A stretch of 64,000 nt of DNA, from assembly GCA_963727775.1 (NCBI GenBank), contig CAVSHB010000003.1:1-64000 (forward strand). The letters are read 5' to 3'. The notes beneath the pieces are model-generated. The model saw only the letters and a program-made list of their open reading frames with translations. It made no database searches and had not been told where the DNA came from. Positions within the stretch are counted from its first letter, which is position 1. Every line of letters starts with the position of its first letter. The stretch comes from an uncultured Nitrospiraceae bacterium. GTDB taxonomy: Bacteria > Nitrospirota > Thermodesulfovibrionia > Thermodesulfovibrionales > SM23-35. Of the stretch, positions 55,015 to 64,000 are shown in pieces. Both the position numbers and the translations under genes were made by a program.

Positions 55015-55108
55015 AATGTAAAAGTGTAAAGTATAATTACATTTATGTCAATAGATTTCAATGACCGGTTCTTACGTGGAATTTCGACATTTTCAAGTAT
55101 AATACACT

Positions 55109-57241
55109 ATGACGGAAGAACCTGTAACCATTGATGCCCTAATTAATAAGGTCCTTTCTTATCATCCTGACGCTGATGTCGAACTCTTGAAGCGCGCTTA
55201 TATTTTTTCGAGTGAAGCTCATTGCAGCCAAAGAAGAGTTGAAGGCTCCCCTTATATCGAACATCCCTTGGCCGTCGCGTCTCTCCTTGCAGACATGAAG
55301 ATGGACGTTTCAACCATTGCGGCAGGGCTTCTTCATGACACAATCGAGGATACGGGGACCACAGTAAAAGATATTAAGGGACTGTTCGGCAAAGAGGTCG
55401 CATTCCTTGTTGAGGCCATGACAAAGCTCTCAAAAATAGAACTCATGACAAAGGAAGAGGCACAGGCGGAAAACTTCAGGAAGATGTTGCTGGCCATGTC
55501 GGAAGATGTCAGGGTGATACTGATAAAGTTTGCCGACAGGCTCCATAACATGCGCACATTACAGCACTTGCCGGAGAACAAGCAGCAGAGGATAGCATTG
55601 GAGACACTTGAGATTTACGCCCCGATAGCAAACAGGCTTGGTATCGGTTGGATGAGGACCGAACTTGAAGACCAGAGCTTTAAATTCCTCATGCCGGAAC
55701 TCTATAACGAGCTTGTCAGGAAGGTTGCAAAAAGAAAAGAGGAGCAGGAGGCTTATTTACGCGAGGTTACGGAGATAGTAAACAATAAGCTGAAAGAAGA
55801 GGGCATACTCGGTAAGGTGTCATGGAGGATCAAGCATTACTATGGTATTTATCAGAAGATGCAGGCGCAGATGATTACATTCGAGCAGGTACATGACGTC
55901 CTCGGCCTGAGAATTATTACCGACACAAAGGCAAACTGTTATGCCATTCTCGGCCTTATTCATTCCCTCTGGACGCCTGTGCCGGGCAGGTTTAAAGATT
56001 ATATAGGAGTACCGAAATCGAACATGTATCAATCTCTGCATACAACAATTATCGGACCCAAAGGGGAAAGGGTCGAATTTCAGCTCAGGACGGCAGAGAT
56101 GCATATGATCGCGGAACACGGGATAGCCTCCCACTGGAAATACAAGGAAAAAGGAAAGGTCGATGAAAAAAGCGACAGGTATATCTCGTGGCTAAGGGAA
56201 TTAATACAGGGGCAGAAAGAACTTAGTGACGCAAAGGATTTTCTTGAGGCGGTAAAAGGCGAGGTCATACCGGAAGCCCTTTATATCTTTACTCCGAAAG
56301 GACTGATAAAAGAAATGCCTTTAGGCTCAACTCCGGTGGATTTCGCCTACAGCATTCACACCGAGGTAGGCAACAGATGTGTAGGGGCAAAGGTGAACGG
56401 AAGGATCGTGCCTTTGAGATTTATTTTAAGGAACGGCGATACCGTTGAAATAACAACCTCTTCAACGCACGGACCGAGCAGGGACTGGCTCAAATTCGTT
56501 GTCACACAACGCGCGAAGAGCAAGATAAAACAGTGGATTAAGGCAGAAGAGCGGAAACAGAGCATTGAACTCGGACAGAAGCTTTTCGAAGGAGAGCTGC
56601 GGAGACATGACCTCGGTCAATCTGTTCTTAAATCGGAAGACATGCAAAAAGTTTTGAAATTTTTTGCTGTCCAGTCAATGGAAGACCTTTACGCCTATAT
56701 CGGTCACGGGAAATTATCGGCACACCAGATCATCAACAAATTAGTTCCTGAAAAATCCGTGGAGGAAACTCCTGTTGCTAAAACTGCAAAGCCCCCAAAA
56801 GAACAAAAAGGAATAATGATAAAAGGAGTAGATAATGTCCTGTACCATACGGCTAAATGCTGCTTCCCTATCCCGGGTGACGGCCTTATAGGGTTTGTTA
56901 CAAGAGGGAGGGGCGTTACCATTCACCGAAAAGATTGTCCGAACCTCGATAGGTCGGCGGTTGATGACGCAAGGATTGTCGACGTTGATTGGAAAACAAC
57001 AGGCGATGCCACATCGCCTGTGCGGTTGATAATTGAGACGGTCGACAAACCCGGTGTGCTCGCAAGCCTTAGCGCGCTCATATCATCAGTAAACGTAAAT
57101 ATCAGCCAGATAGAAGCGACCTCATCAGAGGACAAAAAGGCGCGCATCACATTTATCCTCGCCGTTAAGGATAAGACCCAGCTTTCAGGCTTAATTCATA
57201 AGATTGCACAGACCGAGGGAGTCCTGAAAGTCAGCAGGTAA
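55109..57241 (+). CDS. rel: Long bifunctional (p)ppGpp synthetase/hydrolase
   Basis: HD domain (PYIEHP, LLHDTIED), YQSLHT, TGS, CC and ACT domains. Confidence 0.94.
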   Translation: MTEEPVTIDALINKVLSYHPDADVELLKRAYIFSSEAHCSQRRVEGSPYIEHPLAVASLLADMKMDVSTIAAGLLHDTIEDTGTTVKDIKGLFGKEVAFLVEAMTKLSKIELMTKEEAQAENFRKMLLAMSEDVRVILIKFADRLHNMRTLQHLPENKQQRIALETLEIYAPIANRLGIGWMRTELEDQSFKFLMPELYNELVRKVAKRKEEQEAYLREVTEIVNNKLKEEGILGKVSWRIKHYYGIYQKMQAQMITFEQVHDVLGLRIITDTKANCYAILGLIHSLWTPVPGRFKDYIGVPKSNMYQSLHTTIIGPKGERVEFQLRTAEMHMIAEHGIASHWKYKEKGKVDEKSDRYISWLRELIQGQKELSDAKDFLEAVKGEVIPEALYIFTPKGLIKEMPLGSTPVDFAYSIHTEVGNRCVGAKVNGRIVPLRFILRNGDTVEITTSSTHGPSRDWLKFVVTQRAKSKIKQWIKAEERKQSIELGQKLFEGELRRHDLGQSVLKSEDMQKVLKFFAVQSMEDLYAYIGHGKLSAHQIINKLVPEKSVEETPVAKTAKPPKEQKGIMIKGVDNVLYHTAKCCFPIPGDGLIGFVTRGRGVTIHRKDCPNLDRSAVDDARIVDVDWKTTGDATSPVRLIIETVDKPGVLASLSALISSVNVNISQIEATSSEDKKARITFILAVKDKTQLSGLIHKIAQTEGVLKVSR

Positions 57242-57328
57242 GCTTTACAATCCTGAGGGTCCTTAATAAAGCTTTGATGGGCACTAATATACTATATAAG
57301 TCCTTATTATGATATAATAATTACCATA

Positions 57329-58063
57329 GTGGCAGATTTAAGGATTGGGTGCAGCGGTTTTCTCTACGATCATTGGAAGGGGAGCTTCTATCCGGAAGAT
57401 TTCCCGAGAAACCACTGGCTTGAATATTACAGCAAACACTTCTCAACAGTCGAGCTTAATGTAACATTTTATCGGCTTCCCGAAAGGGAGGCATTCGCAA
57501 AATGGTATTTATCCACGCCTGAGGGTTTTCTCTTTTCCGTAAAGGGCAGCAGGTTTATCACCCATGTAAAAAAGCTCAAGGACTGTGAAGAGCCTCTCGA
57601 GGCTTTTTTTTCACGGGCGTCGGTACTAAAAGAAAAATTAGGCGTTATTTTATGGCAGTTCCCTCCTACCTTCAATTTTGATATAGACCGCTTCAAAGAG
57701 TTCATCGAAGCACTGAAACCATATCGCATGAGAAATACATTTGAATTCAGGAACAAGACCTGGATTAACAAAAAGATTTTTACTTTGCTTGAAAAAGAAA
57801 ATGCCGCGCTGTGCATGGCAGATCACCCTGAATTTCTGAATAACCTGCCGCTCACCGCTGACTTTGTCTATATAAGGAGGCATGGAACAGAAGGAAGTTC
57901 CGCAACATCATACAGTCCTGAATCACTGAAGGAAGACACAAAGTTTATTAAGGAGCATTTGAAAAAGAAAAAAGACATCTTCATTTATTTCAATAATGAT
58001 GCCTTTGGTTATGCTCCCAAAAATGCCGAAGAATTAATCAGCCTCATCGACAAAAAGAAATAG
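57329..58063 (+). CDS. DUF72 protein
   Basis: IGCSG, VELNVTFY, YIRRHG, YFNND. Confidence 0.9.
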   Translation: MADLRIGCSGFLYDHWKGSFYPEDFPRNHWLEYYSKHFSTVELNVTFYRLPEREAFAKWYLSTPEGFLFSVKGSRFITHVKKLKDCEEPLEAFFSRASVLKEKLGVILWQFPPTFNFDIDRFKEFIEALKPYRMRNTFEFRNKTWINKKIFTLLEKENAALCMADHPEFLNNLPLTADFVYIRRHGTEGSSATSYSPESLKEDTKFIKEHLKKKKDIFIYFNNDAFGYAPKNAEELISLIDKKK

Positions 58064-58064
58064 G

Positions 58065-59012
58065 TTATTTTGCCCAGTCCATCCTGTAATTTTTTCTTTT
58101 ATATAAATATTTCTCGGCCGACAGCGCTGCGAGACAGCCCTGAGATGCGGCAACAACAACCTGCCTCACCTCCGTGCATGTTACATCCCCAGCTGCAAAA
58201 ACCCCCGGCGCAGACGTCTCCATCATCTTTCCGACAGGAATACAACCGTCCGCTTCAGTCTCTATAGCGCCGTAAAGAAAATCTACTACAGGCTTATTCC
58301 CGTGAAGATAGACAAAGACCCCGGACAGTTCTAATTCCGCCTCTTTTCCTACAGAATCATGCATTTTTATTTTTTCAACCAGTTCGGCCCCCTCAATGGA
58401 TGTAACAGTATGACCTAACAGCACCTTTATATTAGGTTCTTTAAGGACCGGATCATCATCCACATGAAGTTTTGGAGCAGGAGATATGAGATACACGGTC
58501 TGTGCAGATCTCGTAAGCACCCCGGCCTCTTTTATGGCCTCTTCAGAGTTGCCGATAACACAGACTTTCAGTCCTCTGTAGAACGCCGCATCACATATGG
58601 CACAATAACTGACCCCTTTGCCCAGGAATTCAGCTTCTCCTTTGATGCTCGCTTTCCTCCCCATAGAGCCGGTAGCTATAATTACCGTTTTCCCTCTATA
58701 AGAACCGTCCATAGTGACTGCTTCTTTTATTTCGTCAGTGAGATTCACTCCTATAATCTGTGTTTCTACATATTCCGCTCCGAAATCTACCGCCTGTTTC
58801 CTCATTATATCGAGCAGATTTTTCCCCGGCACAGGGTGAGTAAGCCCCGGATAGTTTTCAATCCTGCTTGAGAAGGCCAGGGCGCCGGCAGTCGGCGATT
58901 TATCAATAATGACTGTCTTTAACTTAGCCCTTGACGCATACTGGCCGGCTGTCAGTCCGGCAGGCCCTCCCCCGATTATGACAACATCATAAATGTCCGA
59001 CGTTTCCTGCAT
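58065..59012 (-). CDS. Thioredoxin reductase-family flavoprotein with NADPH motifs altered
   Basis: GGGPAG, GVSYCAICD, FAAGD. GGGxxA is replaced by GNSEEA and HRR by SPA. Confidence 0.85.
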   Translation of the reverse strand: MQETSDIYDVVIIGGGPAGLTAGQYASRAKLKTVIIDKSPTAGALAFSSRIENYPGLTHPVPGKNLLDIMRKQAVDFGAEYVETQIIGVNLTDEIKEAVTMDGSYRGKTVIIATGSMGRKASIKGEAEFLGKGVSYCAICDAAFYRGLKVCVIGNSEEAIKEAGVLTRSAQTVYLISPAPKLHVDDDPVLKEPNIKVLLGHTVTSIEGAELVEKIKMHDSVGKEAELELSGVFVYLHGNKPVVDFLYGAIETEADGCIPVGKMMETSAPGVFAAGDVTCTEVRQVVVAASQGCLAALSAEKYLYKRKNYRMDWAK

Positions 59013-59044
59013 TCAATTCTCCTTTAAGCCGAGGTCTGAATTAT

Positions 59045-59863
59045 CTATCCCAGCAGAACATCCAGAAGCCTGTCAAGTTCCTCAAGGGAATAATATTCGA
59101 TCTCGATCTTGCCCTTCTTGCCCTTATTTATTATCCGGACTTTGGTGCCGAGATTTCTTATCAACTTCTCCTCCAGCGATGAAACCTGGGGGTCCTTGGC
59201 TGTTTTAGCCTTAAGGGGCGCGGGGACCTTTCTGGACAATATCTCGGCTTCCCTGACACTAAGCCCGTTTTTGATAATTCTTCTTGCGGCATCCAGCTGG
59301 CCGGCCTTTCCTTCTATCGCAAGCAGCGCCTTTGCATGCCCCATACTGAGAGAACCATTGTAAATGAAAGATTTCACTTCCTCAGGCAATTTTAAAAGTC
59401 TGAGATAATTGGCAACCGTAGCCCTATCCTTTCCCACCCTCTCAGAAAGGTCTTCCTGGGTCAGGTTAAATTCTATAATCAGCCTGCTGAAGGCCTCAGC
59501 AGCCTCAATGGGATTAAGATCTTCCCTTTGGATATTTTCTATGAGCGCTATTTCGAGCGAGTCTTTGGAGGATATATTCTTTATCAGCGCCGGCAATTTT
59601 TTCAGACCTGCAAGTCCCGCAGCCCTCCATCTGCGCTCACCGGCGACAAGCCTGAAGCTGCCGTCTCCGGCACGCGAAACGATCACTGGCTGCAATACGC
59701 CTCTTTCTTTTATCGAGGCCGCAAGCTCCCTGAGGGAATCGTCCCTGAACATCTTTCTCGGCTGTTGTTCTCCCGGGAAAATGCGTTCAATATCCAGATA
59801 GACGATCTCGTCACCCTTTTCGGGTATTAAAGATTCAAGTCCTTTGCCCAGCGCCGTTTTCAT
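59045..59863 (-). CDS. parB: Chromosome partition protein ParB
   Basis: ALGKGL, QPRK, AGERRWRA, ENIQREDL. Confidence 0.95.
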   Translation of the reverse strand: MKTALGKGLESLIPEKGDEIVYLDIERIFPGEQQPRKMFRDDSLRELAASIKERGVLQPVIVSRAGDGSFRLVAGERRWRAAGLAGLKKLPALIKNISSKDSLEIALIENIQREDLNPIEAAEAFSRLIIEFNLTQEDLSERVGKDRATVANYLRLLKLPEEVKSFIYNGSLSMGHAKALLAIEGKAGQLDAARRIIKNGLSVREAEILSRKVPAPLKAKTAKDPQVSSLEEKLIRNLGTKVRIINKGKKGKIEIEYYSLEELDRLLDVLLG

Positions 59864-60614
59864 GCAGGATCTCCTTTGCAAGTGACAGATAACTCTGCGC
59901 CCCTTTTGAGCGGATGTCATATAATAGCACAGGTTTCCCGTAACTTGGCGCTTCTCCGAGTGTAACATTTCTCGGGATTACTGTATCGTAGACCTTGTCT
60001 CCAAAATGTTTCCTGACCTCCCTTTCGACCTCCTGGGAAAGATTATTTCGTGGATCGAACATGGTAAGGAGTATCCCCTCAATTTCAAGGTTCGAGTTCA
60101 GGGAACCCCTCACGAGGCGCAAGGTCTTTGTTAAATGCCCGAGCCCCTCAAGGGCATAATATTCGCACTGTACGGGAATAAGCACAGAGTCGGCAGCAAC
60201 CAAAGCATTCAATGTGAGCAGGCCGAGAGAGGGCGGACAGTCTATGAATATGTATCTATATCTCTCCCTGATCGAATTTATTACACTGCTTAATATATGT
60301 TCCCGTCCTTCTTTTCCGACAAGTTCAACCTCAACGCCCAGGAGATCTATTGTTGAAGGTATAATGCTGAGATGTTCCATTGCCGTCGCTATTAAGGCTT
60401 CGCTGATTTCACATTTTCCGGAATACACATCATACAGGCTCAGGGCAAGGTTGTCTCGTGAAATACCGAGACCTGATGTCATGTTTCCCTGGGGGTCCGT
60501 ATCTATAACGAGGATGTCCTCCTCCGCGAGGGCAAGTGATGCGGCAAGATTAATGGCAGTCGTAGTCTTCCCCACTCCGCCTTTCTGATTGACTATTGTG
60601 ATAACTTTCCCCAT
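59835..60614 (-). CDS. parA: ParA/Soj ATPase
   Basis: NQKGGVGKTT, DPQGN, DCPPSL, QCEYYALEG. Confidence 0.96.
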   Translation of the reverse strand: MGKVITIVNQKGGVGKTTTAINLAASLALAEEDILVIDTDPQGNMTSGLGISRDNLALSLYDVYSGKCEISEALIATAMEHLSIIPSTIDLLGVEVELVGKEGREHILSSVINSIRERYRYIFIDCPPSLGLLTLNALVAADSVLIPVQCEYYALEGLGHLTKTLRLVRGSLNSNLEIEGILLTMFDPRNNLSQEVEREVRKHFGDKVYDTVIPRNVTLGEAPSYGKPVLLYDIRSKGAQSYLSLAKEILHENGAGQRT

Positions 60615-60704
60615 GGTTTTTTGCAGGTAAGAACTTCTTATTATAACAATAATACCTCTATAAGATTGCGTTCAGGATTCGGTTATCCACAGCAAGTGAC
60701 ATGG

Positions 60705-61055
60705 TTAATCGGCTTCCTGCTTTAAAATCTCTTTTATTTGTTTCCGTAACCTGGGCAGGTCTTTTTTGGAGATGCTCCAGACTATCTTATAATCGATGCC
60801 GAAATAAAAATGAATGAGTTTATCCCTTAAGCCCCCAATCTTCTTCCACGGCACATCGGGATATTTCGCTTTAAACGTGGCTGTTATATTCTTCGCCGCT
60901 TCACCAATCACCTCAAAATTGCGAACAACGGCATCCTGAGTCTTCCTGTCCTCAAGTAACTTTTGATAGGTAAAGCCCTTCGTGTAAAGGATTACCATTT
61001 CAGCCGCTTCCTGAATGTCACCGAGGAAATCCCTATCTCTCCTCTTCTTAGACAT
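60705..61055 (-). CDS. HepT-like (DUF86) RNase toxin
   Basis: DAVVRNFEVIGEA and RDKLIHFY (RX4H). Confidence 0.9.
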   Translation of the reverse strand: MSKKRRDRDFLGDIQEAAEMVILYTKGFTYQKLLEDRKTQDAVVRNFEVIGEAAKNITATFKAKYPDVPWKKIGGLRDKLIHFYFGIDYKIVWSISKKDLPRLRKQIKEILKQEAD

Positions 61056-61389
61056 AGATCATACTCTTTTCAATATCTTCCGCGATGTGCTTATATCTCG
61101 GATTATTAAAGCTTCGTTTATAGTGATCCAGCGTTGCAATATCGACTTCTCTGCCCAATTTTTCTTCAAGTATGTCGGCAAGTTCGACGAATTCAAGTCC
61201 TAATGCCTTGCGGAGGTCAACAAGGATATCGACGTCGCTTTTTTTCTTCGGGCTTCCCTTCGCAAAAGAGCCATACAGGACAATTCTTTCAACGCCGTAT
61301 TTTTCTTTCAGATAGGGCAGTTCTTTTTTTAGGATTGAAATTACTTCTTCACGCGTCAGTAAAGTTGCTCTTTTCGGTCGTTTTTTCAC
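61048..61389 (-). CDS. MntA-like minimal nucleotidyltransferase antitoxin
   Basis: GSFAKG...SDVDILVD, overlaps hepT. Confidence 0.9.
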   Translation of the reverse strand: MKKRPKRATLLTREEVISILKKELPYLKEKYGVERIVLYGSFAKGSPKKKSDVDILVDLRKALGLEFVELADILEEKLGREVDIATLDHYKRSFNNPRYKHIAEDIEKSMIYV

Positions 61390-61801
61390 TGAAAAAACCT
61401 CCTCTCTTCATCAATCGCCAACCTAATCGCCAACCTAATCACCAACTCAGGCAAGTAGAATCTGATATTACGCCCTCTACCCTCCGATTGTGCTGGGTTT
61501 AGAAAGCGAGTTTTCATTAAGTTCTTTGTTAATCGTTGCCATAGTCTTTCTCCTTTCTTATACCTTAATATTATAAGACTGTTCCTTTCCCGCTGTCCCG
61601 CCCCATGCGGTATTTGATGTTTACTCCTTTCCCCACACCTCTGCACTTATCCGTTCAAGTTGCCCTTCCTTATAAATCCAGGATTCCATCGGTTCCTTGA
61701 AGGGATTATTTAGGATCGGATCGTCAACGGCAAGTGACATGGTTATTCAGATTCCTTGGCGTCTTTATGTCGCCTTTATGAGGTCTTCGTAGTGATATAA
61801 A

Positions 61802-62917
61802 TCATCCTTTTCCCTCCAAAAGATGTAATGCGCTGATTTTTCTTGCAAGTTCCTTTTCCGTAGGAAGAGCAAGTTTGTATTTTGAAGCAAATATTTTATT
61901 GTTCAAATTCCCCAGAACATATTTTGCAAAGACTTCATCTTATTTAGCGCACAAAATAAGACCAATGGGGTCATTTTCATCATTCACTTTTTCATTTTCC
62001 TTAAAATAATTCAGATAGAAATTCATCTGTCCGATGTCTGAATGATCAAGGTCATCTATTTTCAGGTCAATAAGAACCGTACATTTCAAAATACGATTAT
62101 AAAAAACAAGGTCAACGTAATAATGCCGGTTGCCCACAGTAATTCATTTCTGACGAGCAACAAAAGCAAACCCTTTGCCCATTTCCAATAAAAATTTCTG
62201 AAGGTTATCTATTATTGCCTGTTCAAGTTTGCTTTCCGTGTACACATTTTCCTCTTTGAGGTTCAGAAATTCCAGAACATAAGGGTCTTTTATGGCGTCT
62301 TCAGGAGTTTCAATAATATGCCCTCTTTTCGCGAGCTTCATTACAGCCAATGAGTCTCTGCTCAGCGCCAATCTTTCAAAAAGCTGTGAGTTTATTTGCC
62401 GTTTGAGTTCCCTGAAAGACCAGTTATTATTTAGGGCTTCTTTTTCGTAAAATGAACGGGCAAGGGGATGTTCGACACTCAACAGTTCGCAGTAGTGGGA
62501 CCATGAAAGCTGGGGGTCGAATTCGACAGACGGTGTCTGTCGAGACGATTTACGAGACACCGTCTCGGATTTTAAAGATTTGGCAGACACTGTCTGCGGA
62601 ATTGATGATTTTCCAGACACTGTCTGGAATTTTTCTAAAAACTCCGAATAAAACTGTCTCATAAGAAATAAGTTGCTTTTGCTGAAGCCTCTGCCGAATT
62701 TTTCGGTCATGTCTTTAGACAATCGAATTATCAGTTCTTCTCCATACGCTGCACGGGTTTTCCCTTTTTGCTCAAATTCCACAATCTCTCTGCCGATCTC
62801 GTAATATGCAAGCACTTGAGCCTTGTTGATCTGCCGAGCAGCGGTTGCCCTTGCAGAATGGATTATTTCAGCAAGACGCTTTATCAGAGATGTGTATCTG
62901 TTAAACCCTATTTTCAT
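61802..62917 (-). pseudogene. YhcG/DUF1016 PDDEXK protein with two in-frame stops
   Basis: ARQK*ITVGNRHYYVDL (TGA 62144-62146) and ILCAK*DEVFAKY (TAA 61940-61942). The frame continues to ASKYKLALP...TGA at 61802. Confidence 0.88.
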
Positions 62918-62984
62918 GGTCTAAACCTTAATCCCGTCTCTCAATTGCTGCTCGATCTTTTCGGATGCCTTTCGTCATATCTGA

Positions 62985-63422
62985 TTATTGGGATGTGTCT
63001 CTCTTTTTCAAGAAAACGAATATTTTCTTTAACATTTTTGTCTTGTTAAATCCCTGACCATATTCCTTAGTCAGTTTTTTGGACAGTTCATCAATAATTG
63101 ACGCGCCATAATCGGCTCTGTGCCTACCGCTCTGTTCCCCTTCCACTATTTCCACGCCGATATGCCAATATGCTTGAACCATAGCAAAATTTGCAACCCT
63201 ATAAGCGCCACTTCTTGCGCTCTCAAGAATCTCCCTGACGCGTCTGTATATTGATCCTACTTTTTCCTTGTCTTCTATTGGGTTTGGCCTTGAGGTATCA
63301 TAAGAAGAGAATCCGACAGGAACGGCGTTCTTGCAGGTTTCGGTTTCGTGTTTATAGGCTTCTACATTCTCATCGGCAGAGTCTTTTCTCTTCCTCCCCT
63401 TCTCCATATCGCTCCTTATCAA
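62985..63422 (-). pseudogene. Chimeric remnant: Mod-like N-terminal stub fused to a DUF1016 N-terminal fragment
   Basis: MVQAYWHIG...RADYG...LSKKLTKEYGQGF is DUF1016_N-like and truncated. Confidence 0.6.
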
Positions 63423-63650
63423 GGCTTACTATTGTGATAAGTATAAAATATTTTCGTTTAAATTAATTGCCCTCTGCTCCTGCCCCGTCTAATTCTCCTT
63501 GCCAATCCACATGAGTTCATATTTTTAAGGTTTAGCCATGCCGTTTCCTCATCTTTATAGAATGTTTCTTCAAACCGGTCGGCCCCTCGTCAACCGGAGC
63601 CTTAAATTTGATGTTTTGTCCTCTCTTCAAGATCACAAATTGTGATAAGG

Positions 63651-64000
63651 TTACCCGATCCATTCTACCTTCACATCTTTTGCAGTCTTTTTGAATTCAG
63701 GGTCTCCTGTTACCACCTTGCACTTTTTCATGATACCAAGTGCAGCAGCGAAACAGTCTGCATAAGGAACCGCATATAACGCTTTTAGTTTGGCAGCCTC
63801 TATGGTAATAGGTTTGTCAGCGTCAATGATTGTGATGGGAAGCTGCTCAATGATAAACTTTATCTCCCGGGCCTTTTCAATCCCTCGCTCCCTATAGGTG
63901 TTATAGTATATCTCTCCGAAATTTATCACCGATAAATAGAGTTTCGTCTTCCCGTCACGGGCCGATTTCAATATGCTCCTGACCTTCTCTCCCCCTGCTT
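63651..64000 (-). CDS. VapC-like PIN toxin (5' end outside the window)
   Basis: SVINFGEIYY, YADCFAAA, VTGDPEF, frame open to the window edge. Confidence 0.85.
   Translation of the reverse strand, partial: AGGEKVRSILKSARDGKTKLYLSVINFGEIYYNTYRERGIEKAREIKFIIEQLPITIIDADKPITIEAAKLKALYAVPYADCFAAALGIMKKCKVVTGDPEFKKTAKDVKVEWIG

Noticed and set aside
60683..60691. Perfect DnaA box TTATCCACA upstream of parA (possible oriC)
   Set aside because: It is a single box with no cluster, and it is explained as codons A-V-D-N of the MSLAVDN stub on the minus strand. A regulatory role is not excluded.
61413..61447. 12-bp tandem repeat AATCGCCAACCT (about 3 copies) as a CRISPR or iteron array
   Set aside because: Too short and without spacers, probably a low-complexity coding remnant. 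No CRISPR array or cas gene was seen in the window.
62144..62146. In-frame TGA as selenocysteine or recoding in YhcG
   Set aside because: The position corresponds to Arg rather than Cys, I see no SECIS, and a second TAA stop follows

Overview
Chromosomal window from an anaerobic sulfur-metabolising bacterium. The 16S rRNA signatures look Nitrospirota-like (Thermodesulfovibrionia by my reading, not database-checked). In order: (1) a truncated IS1182 and an AT-rich patch of orphan membrane ORFs with a broken UPF0175/DUF3368 TA pair; (2) a ~17 kb reductive-type dsr cluster (dsrABD, dsrN, dsrC, dsrT, dsrMKJOP, ferredoxin, tusA, plus TPR, YkgJ, HEAT-repeat and unknown accessory genes); (3) bamA-skp-lpxD-fabZ-lpxA-lpxI; (4) a 16S-23S rRNA operon with no ITS tRNAs, no linked 5S and a ~120 nt insertion in 23S domain I, followed directly by an RpoD-family sigma gene; (5) murJ, trpCF, IS1634, queF, a dead ISNCY-like element, and rpmH-rnpA-yidD-yidC-mnmE; (6) tRNA-Leu(CAA) carrying a 4.9 kb integrated element bounded by 59-bp att repeats (integrase, Xis-like HTH, RHH regulator, BglII-like REase, MT-A70 MTase, DUF6173-like gene, HUH rolling-circle Rep); (7) rel, a TrxB-like reductase lacking NADPH motifs, parAB, and a decayed defence/TA hotspot with stubs resembling RM gene starts. 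Best candidates for something undescribed: the mini rolling-circle integrative defence element with a possible excision-coupled rep switch, a three-way-junction RNA upstream of tusA, and the uncharacterised dsr accessory module. All family calls come from motif recognition by eye; no searches were run.
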